Positions 36,613-45,747 of a stretch of 64,000 nt of DNA are shown here, piece by piece (the first letter of the stretch is position 1; each line of letters opens with the position of its first letter). The stretch lies in assembly GCA_965230895.1 (NCBI GenBank), contig OZ246394.1, forward strand, positions 249,316 through 313,315. Direction: 5' to 3'. The notes under the pieces were generated by a model. It saw only the letters and a program-made list of their open reading frames with translations. It was not told the DNA's origin and searched no databases. The position numbers and the translations under genes were made by a program. The DNA is from an uncultured Gammaproteobacteria bacterium (GTDB lineage: Bacteria > Patescibacteriota > Microgenomatia > Levybacterales > UBA12049).

Positions 36613-37800
36613 TTGAAAGCAGTTATCTATAAAGAACCAAAGAAAATAGCAGTGGAAGATATTCCAATGCCAAAAATTGAAGAACCCACAGACATTATTC
36701 TAAAAGTTACAACAGCAGCAATCTGCGGTTCCGATATGCATATGTATGAGGGACGCACTCCTGCGGAATCAGGTGTTGTGCTTGGACATGAAATTATGGG
36801 AGTTGTTGATCAAGTCGGAGATGCCGTGAAGGAATTAAAGAAAGGAGATAGAATTGTTCTCCCATTTAATATTGGATGCGGTAATTGTCGAAATTGCCGC
36901 GTTGGGTTTACAAGTGCATGCATGGTGGCGAATCCAGAAGCAGTTGGTGCAGGATATGGATATGTCGGACTTGGCCCATTTAACGGTGGACAAGCTGAAT
37001 ATGTCCGAGTTCCTTTCGCAGATTTTAATGCGCTTAAAGTTCCAGGAGAACCGTTTGATACATGGGAAGATGATTTTATCCTCCTCGCCGACATTCTTCC
37101 CACTGGATGGCACGCGCTTGATCTAGCCATGTTTGAGCCAGGAGGTATTGTCGTCATCTATGGTGCGGGTCCCGTCGGTCTTTTGACTGCAGAAAGTGCC
37201 TTCATCCGTGGTGCTGCAAAGGTATTTGTCGTAGATTCATTAGAGGATCGATTAGCTTTGGCTCAAAAAATAGGTGCTATACCAATTAACTTTACCAAGT
37301 CTTCATCTGTAGAACAGATCAAAACAACTCTCAAGGCAGATAAAACGTTTCAAGAATCAAAAGACCCTGGTGTTGAAAAGGTAAATCGTATTCTCTATGG
37401 TATCGATGCTGTTGGTTATCAAGCTCAGGATGAACGAACCCAAAAAGATAATCCTTCGCAAGTCCTCAATAATTTAATTGAGCTTGTAGATCCAACAGGA
37501 CATATCGGGATTATCGGAGTATTTATGCCTCAGGATCCAGGTGGTGTTGATGATGAAGCAAAACAAGGGAATATCCGGTTTAACGTAGGTTTGGCATGGA
37601 ATAAAGGACTAACAATTGGTAATGGACAAGCTCCTGTTAAGAAATATAATACACAGCTTCGAGATCTTATCGTTCAAGGTAAAGCAAAGCCAAGTTTTAT
37701 CGTAAGTCATCATATTGATATTGATGAAGCACCAGATGCTTATGAGAAGTTTGACACGAAAGTAAATGGCTATACAAAGATAGTAATTCAATTTAAATAA
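36613..37800 (+). CDS. Zn-dependent dehydrogenase (glutathione-independent formaldehyde dehydrogenase family)
   Basis: ICGSDMH, GHE, CGNCRNC...C, GGQAEYVRVPFADFN, GAGPVG. Confidence 0.9.
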   Translation: MKAVIYKEPKKIAVEDIPMPKIEEPTDIILKVTTAAICGSDMHMYEGRTPAESGVVLGHEIMGVVDQVGDAVKELKKGDRIVLPFNIGCGNCRNCRVGFTSACMVANPEAVGAGYGYVGLGPFNGGQAEYVRVPFADFNALKVPGEPFDTWEDDFILLADILPTGWHALDLAMFEPGGIVVIYGAGPVGLLTAESAFIRGAAKVFVVDSLEDRLALAQKIGAIPINFTKSSSVEQIKTTLKADKTFQESKDPGVEKVNRILYGIDAVGYQAQDERTQKDNPSQVLNNLIELVDPTGHIGIIGVFMPQDPGGVDDEAKQGNIRFNVGLAWNKGLTIGNGQAPVKKYNTQLRDLIVQGKAKPSFIVSHHIDIDEAPDAYEKFDTKVNGYTKIVIQFK

Positions 37801-37801
37801 T

Positions 37802-38653
37802 ATGAAACAAAAAGGACAACCACCACAAGAACAAAAGCCGACAGGTACAGAGCAAAAAATGACTCCAAAGCCCGAAAGCGAAAATCTAAATTACAAAGCA
37901 TCGGACAAATTTGCTAGTAAAACAATACTTATTACAGGCGGTGATAGCGGGATTGGGAAAGCTACGGCTATTGCATTTGCAAAAGAGGGAGCAAATGTTT
38001 CAATTATCTATCTAGAAAATGATGGTGATGCCAATGAAACAAAGAAACGTATTGAAGAAATTGGCCAACAATGTCTTTTGCTTAAAGGTGACATTGGAGA
38101 TAAATCATTTTGTACAGAGGCTGTGAGTAAGACTATCGAAGAGTTTAATACTTTGGATATTCTTATTAACAATGCCGGAGAACAACATCCGCAAGAAAAA
38201 CTTGAAGATATTACAGAAGAACAACTCCGAAAAACCTTCCAAACGAACATCTTCTCAATGTTCTTTATGACGCAAGCTGCGCTTCCCTATCTACACAAAG
38301 GAAGTAGTATTATAAATACGACATCGATTACTGCATATAAAGGAAATCCAATGCTTCTTGATTATTCTTCTACAAAAGGCGCAATTACGAGCTTCACCAG
38401 AGCATTGTCGCAAAGTCTGGCAGAAAAAGAAATCCGGGTAAATGCTGTTGCGCCAGGTCCGATTTGGACACCGCTTATTCCATCAACTTTTCCAAAAGAT
38501 AAAGTTGCGAAATTTGGTACGGATACTCCTCTTGGTCGAGCTGGCCAACCATATGAAGTCGCTGCATGCTACCTCTTTCTTGCATCAGACGATGCTTCAT
38601 ATATCACAGGTCAAACCATTCATGTAAATGGTGGAACAGTGGTAAATGGTTAG
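37802..38653 (+). CDS. SDR oxidoreductase (general stress protein 39-like)
   Basis: TGGDSGIG, NNAG, YSSTKG, VAPGPIWTPLI. Confidence 0.92.
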   Translation: MKQKGQPPQEQKPTGTEQKMTPKPESENLNYKASDKFASKTILITGGDSGIGKATAIAFAKEGANVSIIYLENDGDANETKKRIEEIGQQCLLLKGDIGDKSFCTEAVSKTIEEFNTLDILINNAGEQHPQEKLEDITEEQLRKTFQTNIFSMFFMTQAALPYLHKGSSIINTTSITAYKGNPMLLDYSSTKGAITSFTRALSQSLAEKEIRVNAVAPGPIWTPLIPSTFPKDKVAKFGTDTPLGRAGQPYEVAACYLFLASDDASYITGQTIHVNGGTVVNG

Positions 38654-39070
38654 CTATTTTTCTCCTCTAAAGATCCATTGAACTCCATATTTATCGTAAA
38701 ATTGTCCATACATGCCAAAAGGCATTTCATGTAATTCCTGGAGCCAAGTATTATTTTTTCCATTTTTGAGTTTATCGAAAATTTCTTTTAACTCTTCAAA
38801 GTTATCTCCCTGAACAAAAATGGCTGTTGTGTTGCCTTGTTTTGGATCAAATGCTGGAGAGGCCATCCAATCCGTTGCTGAAATATCAACATTACCATTT
38901 TTTAAATGCGCATTGATAATCCGATCCCACTTTTCCTCTGGGAATGAATTTTTCATAGGTGTATCGCCAAGTTTGGTCATAGTCAATTCTCCCCCAATGC
39001 ATGCATGATAAAATTTCATCACTTCGGCACAGTTCCCATCAAATAAAAGAAATGGTGTTGTAAAAAGCAT
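38654..39070 (-). CDS. VOC/PhnB-like protein
   Basis: TPFLLFDGNC...FYHACIGG...MPFGMYGQFYDKYGVQW; SD GGAGGTG. Confidence 0.85.
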   Translation of the reverse strand: MLFTTPFLLFDGNCAEVMKFYHACIGGELTMTKLGDTPMKNSFPEEKWDRIINAHLKNGNVDISATDWMASPAFDPKQGNTTAIFVQGDNFEELKEIFDKLKNGKNNTWLQELHEMPFGMYGQFYDKYGVQWIFRGEK

Positions 39071-39182
39071 ATAATTCACCTCCTTCCATACTTATAAAAG
39101 TAATAACAGCTGTTATATAGAAAAAATTGTAATCATTTAGCACAAGATTGACAAGCTCATCTTGTGGTGAAATACTGTGAAT

Positions 39183-39470
39183 ATGAAATGGATTGCAGTT
39201 GCCGCAGTAATTTTTGTTGTCTTTGCAAGTTGGTTCATATTCACAAAATCAGCTTCCCCACCAATTCCTTCAAAAGATTCTTCAACGATCAGTCCAACGG
39301 CTGAAGTGACTGATTTTGCTCCTGACTTGCCTTTGGACCAGAAGACTACAGTTGTTATCCGACACTCTGATAGTTCGGCAACAACATATTTGATCCCAGA
39401 CGATCAAGTAGAAACATTCACTTCCAAACTACCTGAAGGCGATGTCGTAGCTTCAAAGACAGAAAATTAA
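39183..39470 (+). CDS. Membrane-anchored hypothetical protein
   Basis: N-terminal TM; TTGACA-17-AATACT-6-ATG. Confidence 0.65.
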   Translation: MKWIAVAAVIFVVFASWFIFTKSASPPIPSKDSSTISPTAEVTDFAPDLPLDQKTTVVIRHSDSSATTYLIPDDQVETFTSKLPEGDVVASKTEN

Positions 39471-39533
39471 GAATAAGTATCTCTACGCTTGTCTTCATGC
39501 CTTTGTATGATATATAATTGGTACATTCTTTTC

Positions 39534-39609
39534 GGACGGTTAGCTCAGTTGGTAGAGCACCTGTTTTACACACAGGCTGTCAGGGGTTCGAGTCCCTTAC
39601 CGTCCACCA
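39534..39609 (+). tRNA. tRNA-Val(TAC)
   Basis: GGACGGTTAGCTCAGTTGGTAGAGC-A-CCTGT-TTTACAC-ACAGG...CCGTCCACCA. Confidence 0.96.
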
Positions 39610-39610
39610 A

Positions 39611-39683
39611 GCCAAGGTAGCCTAGGTGGTCATGGCGCATGTCTGAAGAACATGATATATCAGTTCGACTCTGATCCTTGGCA
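39611..39683 (+). tRNA. tRNA-Phe(GAA)
   Basis: GCCAAGG...CATGT-CTGAAGA-ACATG...GTTCGACTC...CCTTGGCA. Confidence 0.93.
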
Positions 39684-39688
39684 CTGAT

Positions 39689-39716
39689 GAAGGGAGCGGA
39701 AACGCTTCCTTTTTTT
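39689..39716 (+). terminator. Terminator after tRNA pair
   Basis: AGGGAGCG-GAAA-CGCTTCCT followed by T run. Confidence 0.75.
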
Positions 39717-39720
39717 GTGG

Positions 39721-40869
39721 TTAGGCTGCATTTTGGAGTTCAAAGGCTTGAGGGGCTCTTTCTTGCAACCTGTCTTCAAGTTGGTCTTGAGTTGGAGGAT
39801 TTTCATGAGCTCCTATCGTCTCTACAGCAAACGATCCGCTTGCACTTCCCCAGCGCATACTTTCATGCAGATCACCTGTTTCAAAATACTTATGCACTGC
39901 GGCTGCCATGTATGCATCTCCAGCACCAACCGTACTTTTGACTTGGTCCACTTTCACCGACCCCACCCATAACTTTCTTTCTGCAGTCGCTCCAAAGGAT
40001 CCTTCTGCTCCATTTGTCACGAAAATTGCTTCTGCGCCGAGACTAAGTCCTTGATCTAATAATTCTGTAATATCTTCTGATGGCAAAATATCTTTTCCTT
40101 TTAAGAGAGTTTGTAATTCACTCATATCAACATTTAATGTTTTTGCGCCTCCGATTGCTTCATAAACTGCATTCATCTTTGCTATATCATTTTCCTTTAT
40201 CGCTTTTAATTGCGAAGATCCTGGTGTGTACGCATATTCAACGCCTTGAGCTTTTAAAACTCGTACTCCCTCAGCCAGATTCATATCCCATTGATCGCCA
40301 CTTAAAGAGTTAATAATCGCATATTCTGTATTCTTTGGTATTCCGCCAACAAATTCTGAAGGCAAACCTTCAGGCTTATTACTGAAAATAGTACGATCTA
40401 TCCCATGCTCTGTTCGTCGTGGAATTACTAGGCCTTGTGGTGTTGCGCCCTCGTACGAAATAATATCTGGTTGCATTCCTGGGTGAGTTAAATCTAAATC
40501 CATTAATTTCCTGAATCCATCAGAGCCTACCCATGTACGTACAACAACAGGACCTGCAGCTTCATTACCTCTGCGGAACTCTTTAATACGATGTGCAGCA
40601 TTAACACTATTTCCTCCTACGGTTGATTCAAAAGTGACGCCTCTATCCCGTAGCTCATCTTTAATCTTCTCAAAGTCAGCATTTGATATTGGTACTTTAT
40701 CACCAATAACGGCAGTCCGTATATCTTTGGGAAGTCTTTCTTCGGGGAGGACGGGAATTGTGGAATCTACAACAGACTTACTAACTGCAAAAACATTTCG
40801 TCGTTTTTCGCTTGCTTCTGTTCTAAATTTTCTTCCTTCGGGTATTATTCTTCTTTCTAAGACTGGCAT
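39721..40869 (-). CDS. PfkB/ribokinase family kinase
   Basis: GGNSVNAA, VTNGAEGS, STVGAGDAY. Confidence 0.88.
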   Translation of the reverse strand: MPVLERRIIPEGRKFRTEASEKRRNVFAVSKSVVDSTIPVLPEERLPKDIRTAVIGDKVPISNADFEKIKDELRDRGVTFESTVGGNSVNAAHRIKEFRRGNEAAGPVVVRTWVGSDGFRKLMDLDLTHPGMQPDIISYEGATPQGLVIPRRTEHGIDRTIFSNKPEGLPSEFVGGIPKNTEYAIINSLSGDQWDMNLAEGVRVLKAQGVEYAYTPGSSQLKAIKENDIAKMNAVYEAIGGAKTLNVDMSELQTLLKGKDILPSEDITELLDQGLSLGAEAIFVTNGAEGSFGATAERKLWVGSVKVDQVKSTVGAGDAYMAAAVHKYFETGDLHESMRWGSASGSFAVETIGAHENPPTQDQLEDRLQERAPQAFELQNAA

Positions 40870-41116
40870 ACTTTTTAAAAATTTTCAAAAAACTCTGCGT
40901 AAGATTTATGTAATAATTACGTCAGAAAAAAACATTCTATGCCTGTTGTTATTAAATGTCAACAAGGAAACATTAACCTGACAAAATGTCTATTTAGCCT
41001 CGAATATTCCCTAAAAAGACTATCCCCAACATAACTATAGGCTTGACAAATGTTGACATCTCGTGTATAATGCCGCCGTTGTCTGAAAACTCATATTTTT
41101 AGACAAAAATAAAATT

Positions 41117-41845
41117 ATGTTAGAAACAATTTTTACAACAGTAGTATCATCAGCATTATTCATTACGTCTGCAGCGTTTGTGCCACAGACATCGAATGAT
41201 ATCGCCTTTACTCAGGTATTGCCTGAACAAAACTATGTGGCATATTCTGTCGAATCAGATGAATCTCTTGCTGCTGTTTCCAAAAAGTATTATGGGTCTG
41301 AAGATTATTGGACTAACATTTGGAATGACAATATGTGGGTTTCTGACCCAGAAAATGTGGAAGCAGGAAAACGTTTGCGTATTAATCACGTAAAGCCTGA
41401 ACAGCCTGCCGAGCTTACAACAGTTCTTGCAGACCGTGATGCACAGCTTACTGAGCAAAAGAATCAGGAATACCTTAAAAGTATTGGTTATTTGCAGGCT
41501 GTTCCTTCAGCTGCAGCTCCTACAGTTACACCTGTAATTACTCAGGCACCGGTTGTTAATGCAATTGTTGCATCAAACAATTCTGGAATCTCTGAAGAAG
41601 CTATTACAGCTTTGGGTGCTTGTGAAGCCGGAAATGATCCAGCAAAGAATACTGGTAATGGTTATTATGGCGCGTTCCAATTCTCACAAGGTACATGGAA
41701 CAGTATGAACACTGGATATGCACGAGCTGATCTTGCACCGATTGAAGTACAACGTGCTGCGGTGAAGCAGTTGCTTTCACGATCAAGTATCCATAATCAA
41801 TTCCCTGGATGCGCACGAAAAATGCAAGGTGCTGGTTTAATCTAA
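41117..41845 (+). CDS. Secreted LysM + Rpf transglycosylase protein
   Basis: YSVESDESLAAVSKKYYG...W (LysM-like); CEAGNDPAKNTGNGYYGAFQFSQGTW...Q...FPGC (Rpf); TTGACA-17-TATAAT at 41043-41071. Confidence 0.85.
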   Translation: MLETIFTTVVSSALFITSAAFVPQTSNDIAFTQVLPEQNYVAYSVESDESLAAVSKKYYGSEDYWTNIWNDNMWVSDPENVEAGKRLRINHVKPEQPAELTTVLADRDAQLTEQKNQEYLKSIGYLQAVPSAAAPTVTPVITQAPVVNAIVASNNSGISEEAITALGACEAGNDPAKNTGNGYYGAFQFSQGTWNSMNTGYARADLAPIEVQRAAVKQLLSRSSIHNQFPGCARKMQGAGLI

Positions 41846-41846
41846 A

Positions 41847-42548
41847 CTAAACCTTCGGAGTTGTGCCGTAGATAACGAGCGGTATTGAAGCATCTTTAAA
41901 TGTCCACTCGTAAATCTTTGCTACATCAGCTTCTCTCATATTTACACAGCCGTGACTCATAGGTTGTCCAAAGTTATTATGCCAATATGCTCCATGGATA
42001 CCATAACCTCTCCACTTCGGCACTGAAGCGTTTGCAAAATACATGGTGTATGGAACATTTGGAAGGTTATAGTAGGTTCCATTAGCCTTACTTCCTCCCG
42101 ACATTCGAGTATATCTCAACCATGTCCAAATTCTAAATTCGCCTGTTGGAGTTGCGTACCATTTACCTGTTGATACTGGAAATTCATACACCAATCGTTC
42201 ACCCTCAAAAGCAAGGAGCTTTTGCTGCGTTAAATCTACATAAAGTCTCTTATTTGTATTACTTGTTGCATCACCAAGAACGTTTTGTGTCTCTTCAAGT
42301 GCATATTGTGTTTTTTCTTGAGTAGGTGCGTAGACAACTTTTCCTTCAAATTCTCCTTTATTGTCTTTTTGCATTTCACCAGTGAGGTTCTCAATACATG
42401 AAATAGAGTTTGCGCAGAATTCTTGATTCTTTACATTTAAAAAGACTGTGAGGCCAAGAGCTACAACAAATGCCCCAAAAATGAGCATTGTGACTCTTAA
42501 AGCGTAATGTTTTCCCTTTTTGACTGGTTTTGCAGTTTTCTTAGGCAT
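41847..42548 (-). CDS. L,D-transpeptidase (YkuD family)
   Basis: VSTG...TPTG...GIHGAYWHNNFGQPMSHGCVN. Confidence 0.92.
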   Translation of the reverse strand: MPKKTAKPVKKGKHYALRVTMLIFGAFVVALGLTVFLNVKNQEFCANSISCIENLTGEMQKDNKGEFEGKVVYAPTQEKTQYALEETQNVLGDATSNTNKRLYVDLTQQKLLAFEGERLVYEFPVSTGKWYATPTGEFRIWTWLRYTRMSGGSKANGTYYNLPNVPYTMYFANASVPKWRGYGIHGAYWHNNFGQPMSHGCVNMREADVAKIYEWTFKDASIPLVIYGTTPKV

Positions 42549-42705
42549 TACTTAATTATTAGCCAAACTCTACAAGGATGTAAAGAGGGAGATTTCTTAT
42601 GGCATATTGAGGCTAAATGACTTAAAAGAAGCCTTATATGAGCTTGACATTTAGTCTTATAGTATGTATAATAATACACTATGGGACTAAAATTCCCTTA
42701 AGAAT

Positions 42706-43389
42706 ATGTTTAAAAAATTATTATTTATTATACCTATCGCAATCTTTCTCGGTGCTGTTCAAGTACAGGCCTTTTCTCATTCGATTGCTGGAGTTGAGGC
42801 TTCAAAAGAAGCTTCATTAACCCAAAAGAAACTTTTAAGTAGTGACTCTATGTCTTTGCAGAACCGTTATGCGAATGCATATATTAATGATGTTTTCAAA
42901 GATAATATTCTTTTGAATCTTGCGTATCTTTCAGGAAGAGTTGAAAATGCATCTCAAGTTAATTGGGATGATGTTAGAAAACCTTCTAGATACGAATTTA
43001 CGTTGCAACCAGGACAAGTTTTTGCATATCATGATGATGTTTTGCCTGAGTTTGCAGGTAAAGTAGAAAAGATCGGAGGATCGCATTTTGGTGCAGCTGA
43101 TGGTTATCGATCGAGTGGATTATTGTACGGTGATGGTGTTTGTCATTTTGCCACCCTTATTAATTGGGCAGCTCAAGATGCTGGTCTAAGAGTTGTTGCG
43201 CCAACAAATCATAACTTTGCTGTTATTCCTGGTATTGATCCAAAGTATGGTACTTCGATTTATTACTCGCCAGAGTCTCCTGCAGTAAGCCAAATGCAAA
43301 ACTTATATGTTGAAAATACTTTAGAGGTTCCAGTGACATTTGTATTTGAAAATAAGGGTGATTCTTTAGAAGTACGTATCTATAAATAA
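42706..43389 (+). CDS. VanW-like secreted protein
   Basis: YGDGVCHFATLINWAAQDAGL...NH; TTGACA-17-TATAAT at 42644-42672. Confidence 0.75.
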   Translation: MFKKLLFIIPIAIFLGAVQVQAFSHSIAGVEASKEASLTQKKLLSSDSMSLQNRYANAYINDVFKDNILLNLAYLSGRVENASQVNWDDVRKPSRYEFTLQPGQVFAYHDDVLPEFAGKVEKIGGSHFGAADGYRSSGLLYGDGVCHFATLINWAAQDAGLRVVAPTNHNFAVIPGIDPKYGTSIYYSPESPAVSQMQNLYVENTLEVPVTFVFENKGDSLEVRIYK

Positions 43390-43391
43390 TT

Positions 43392-44567
43392 TTAGAGCGT
43401 AATCCCTAATGTCTGCAGCATATACCTTATCGCCTTTTGATTCTCAAATGTAGGACTCGCTTCTTGTTCCATAACGAGTTTACCAATAACTTCCAATGCT
43501 TTTGGCGTATCCAAGTCATTTTCTAAAGCATCTATGAACTGTTTTATCACTATCTTTGGTTCAGTCCCCCTGCCGATTGCAGGCTCTTGAAGTGCTTCTT
43601 CAATTTGTTCTATGTCTCGTTGTGCCTTATCAAGCTCTTTTTGTCGATATTCCCACGGTGTTCGGTAATGGTGGCGTAAAAGCATTAATCTAATTGCTTC
43701 AGGCGAATAAGTTTCAAGCAATGTAGAAACCATTACAAGATTACCCAAAGATTTGGACATTTTCTCCCCTTCATACATGACTGCGCCTGTGTGCATCCAA
43801 AATTGTGAAAAAGGTTTCTCACCCGTGAATTGTTCGGATTGAGCAATTTCGCTTTCATGATGTGGGTAAATAAGATCACTTCCCCCACCATGAATGTCAA
43901 TCTTTTTGTCAATATATTTGTAAATCATCGAAGAGCATTCAATATGCCATCCTGGTCTTCCTTCTCCAAATGGTGCTTTCCATGAAGGTTCGTCCTTCAA
44001 AGATTTTTGCCAAAGGATAAAATCCAGAGGGTTTTCTTTGTTCGGATCGTCTGGATTTGCACCCCGTTCTCTTGAGAGCTTTATCATCTCCTCTTTTGAA
44101 TATTTTGATAACTTTCCATACTCAGGATCTTTTTGTATACGGAAGTAAACGTTGCCATTCTTTTTATAAGCAAAATTATTCTTGAGTAATTTCTCGATAA
44201 ACTCGATAATTGTTGGCATAGTTTCTGTGGCTTTCACATAATGCGTTGGGGGAACATTATTCAAGGTTTTCATATCTTTTACATATTTATCAGTCCAAAA
44301 CTTACCTAGTTTTTTCCAATCTTCTTTCACCTGTTTGGCTTTTTTCAAAATATCATCATCAATATCTGTCACATTTTGCGTGTAATTAATTTTGTATTCC
44401 TTGTTTTCTAATACTCGATACAACACATCAAATACTGTATAGGTAAAAGCATGGCCCAAATGCGTTGTATCATATGGAGTAATTCCGCAAACATACATGC
44501 GGACTTCCTCACTATTCATTGGAGTAAATGTGTCTTTCTTTTTTGTTAACGTGTTATACAGTTTCAT
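43392..44567 (-). CDS. mshC: MshC-like cysteine ligase (CysRS catalytic core without anticodon domain)
   Basis: YVCGITPYDTTHLGH, QNVTDIDD, GRPGWHIECS, GGGSDLIYPHHE, KMSKSLGNLV, NDLDTPKAL; 391 aa. Confidence 0.78.
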   Translation of the reverse strand: MKLYNTLTKKKDTFTPMNSEEVRMYVCGITPYDTTHLGHAFTYTVFDVLYRVLENKEYKINYTQNVTDIDDDILKKAKQVKEDWKKLGKFWTDKYVKDMKTLNNVPPTHYVKATETMPTIIEFIEKLLKNNFAYKKNGNVYFRIQKDPEYGKLSKYSKEEMIKLSRERGANPDDPNKENPLDFILWQKSLKDEPSWKAPFGEGRPGWHIECSSMIYKYIDKKIDIHGGGSDLIYPHHESEIAQSEQFTGEKPFSQFWMHTGAVMYEGEKMSKSLGNLVMVSTLLETYSPEAIRLMLLRHHYRTPWEYRQKELDKAQRDIEQIEEALQEPAIGRGTEPKIVIKQFIDALENDLDTPKALEVIGKLVMEQEASPTFENQKAIRYMLQTLGITL

Positions 44568-44608
44568 AAAGCTAATAATAGTGTTTCTCCGACATTATTT
44601 CAATCAAT

Positions 44609-45076
44609 TTACCGAGAAGCAAATCGTGAGGCAAAACCTCTATAGTTCTCATAGGCAGTAGCGGACGCTCCGTTTATTCCAGCAATGGTAGTAACATCCG
44701 GCACAGTGATTCGTTCTATTTCACTTTCAGGATGCTCTACCAGTTGTTGCATCTGATCTGCAATAAGTGGTACCCAACGTAGTCCTGTGTTTACCCGATA
44801 CCCTGCTCCAGCAGCTCCTTGTAATTGCAATACTGTTAATTCACTATCTTCTACTGCAAAACTTGCAATTGCTCCGGGGTTCCTTCGCCCTTTTGATTCA
44901 TAAACGACAACGAGTGATGCATCTCCCGTAAAAGGCATTCGAATCTCTGCGCGTTCATCTCCTTCCATAAGATTGACTGCAAGTTTCTCCGCGCGTAATG
45001 GTGGAGTAATTGATCGTAAATATGGTTCAAAATCTTTTGCTGAAGGTGGAGTATACAGTTCCTTTAATCCAGGCAT
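44609..45076 (-). CDS. Hypothetical protein
   Basis: 155 aa ORF; TATAAT 5 nt before ATG. Confidence 0.65.
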   Translation of the reverse strand: MPGLKELYTPPSAKDFEPYLRSITPPLRAEKLAVNLMEGDERAEIRMPFTGDASLVVVYESKGRRNPGAIASFAVEDSELTVLQLQGAAGAGYRVNTGLRWVPLIADQMQQLVEHPESEIERITVPDVTTIAGINGASATAYENYRGFASRFASR

Positions 45077-45108
45077 ACCCTATTATACTATAGAGCATGA
45101 ATTGCTGA

Positions 45109-45723
45109 TCAGTATGTCTTGGAATCTGGTATAAAGATACTTTCAATAGTCTTTTTACCATCTTGATCAGCAGTAATTTGTAAGACTTCTCCATGTCGAA
45201 CATACCGAAATCCTTTACCCGTCCGTATGGAATCTATTTCCAAAGGCATCCCTTTGAGTACTGCTTTGACAGTCATGAGAATATCGCCATGACTTACAGC
45301 AACGACATGCTTCCCCTGATGCTTTGTGACAGCGTGATCGATAAAAGCTAATGATCTTTCTGCAAGATCTTCAAGTGTTTCATCCTCATCTTTCCGAAGA
45401 CCTTTCGCAAAAATATCAAATTTAATTTTTTGCAACTCTTCAATTGGCTGTCCCATAAAAGAGCTTCGTACTTCGAGCAAGTGATCAGAAAAAGTTATAT
45501 GCGGAAATTTAAGTTCCTTTTGAATTATTTCAGCCGTTTTCTTCGCTCTCAGTAAGGGACTTGCATAGAGTTCGCTTATTGGCTTATCTCGGAGGAACTT
45601 CGCTGTCTGAGCAATTTCTTCTTCACCGTTTTTTGTGAGGCCAAAACGAGGTAATCTACCGTACCAAACTTTATCTGGATTATCTACTTCCCCATGACGG
45701 ACAAGGTAAATGTATGTATTCAT
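45109..45723 (-). CDS. Histidine phosphatase family protein
   Basis: LVRHGE, SPLLRA, LLE, VSHG. Confidence 0.92.
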   Translation of the reverse strand: MNTYIYLVRHGEVDNPDKVWYGRLPRFGLTKNGEEEIAQTAKFLRDKPISELYASPLLRAKKTAEIIQKELKFPHITFSDHLLEVRSSFMGQPIEELQKIKFDIFAKGLRKDEDETLEDLAERSLAFIDHAVTKHQGKHVVAVSHGDILMTVKAVLKGMPLEIDSIRTGKGFRYVRHGEVLQITADQDGKKTIESIFIPDSKTY

Positions 45724-45747
45724 GAAATAGTATTATATAATATCCAA

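Larger units (their letters stand above)
21056..39100. mobile_element. Genomic island at tRNA-Leu(GAG); right boundary approximate, possibly two nested elements
   Basis: Two serine recombinase genes, XRE regulators, visibly AT-richer DNA, accessory cargo; no duplicated att found by eye. Confidence 0.7.

Noticed and set aside
43392-44567. Housekeeping cysS
   Set aside because: Short, no anticodon domain, CGITPYD signature and mshA-like neighbour favour MshC; not fully excluded.
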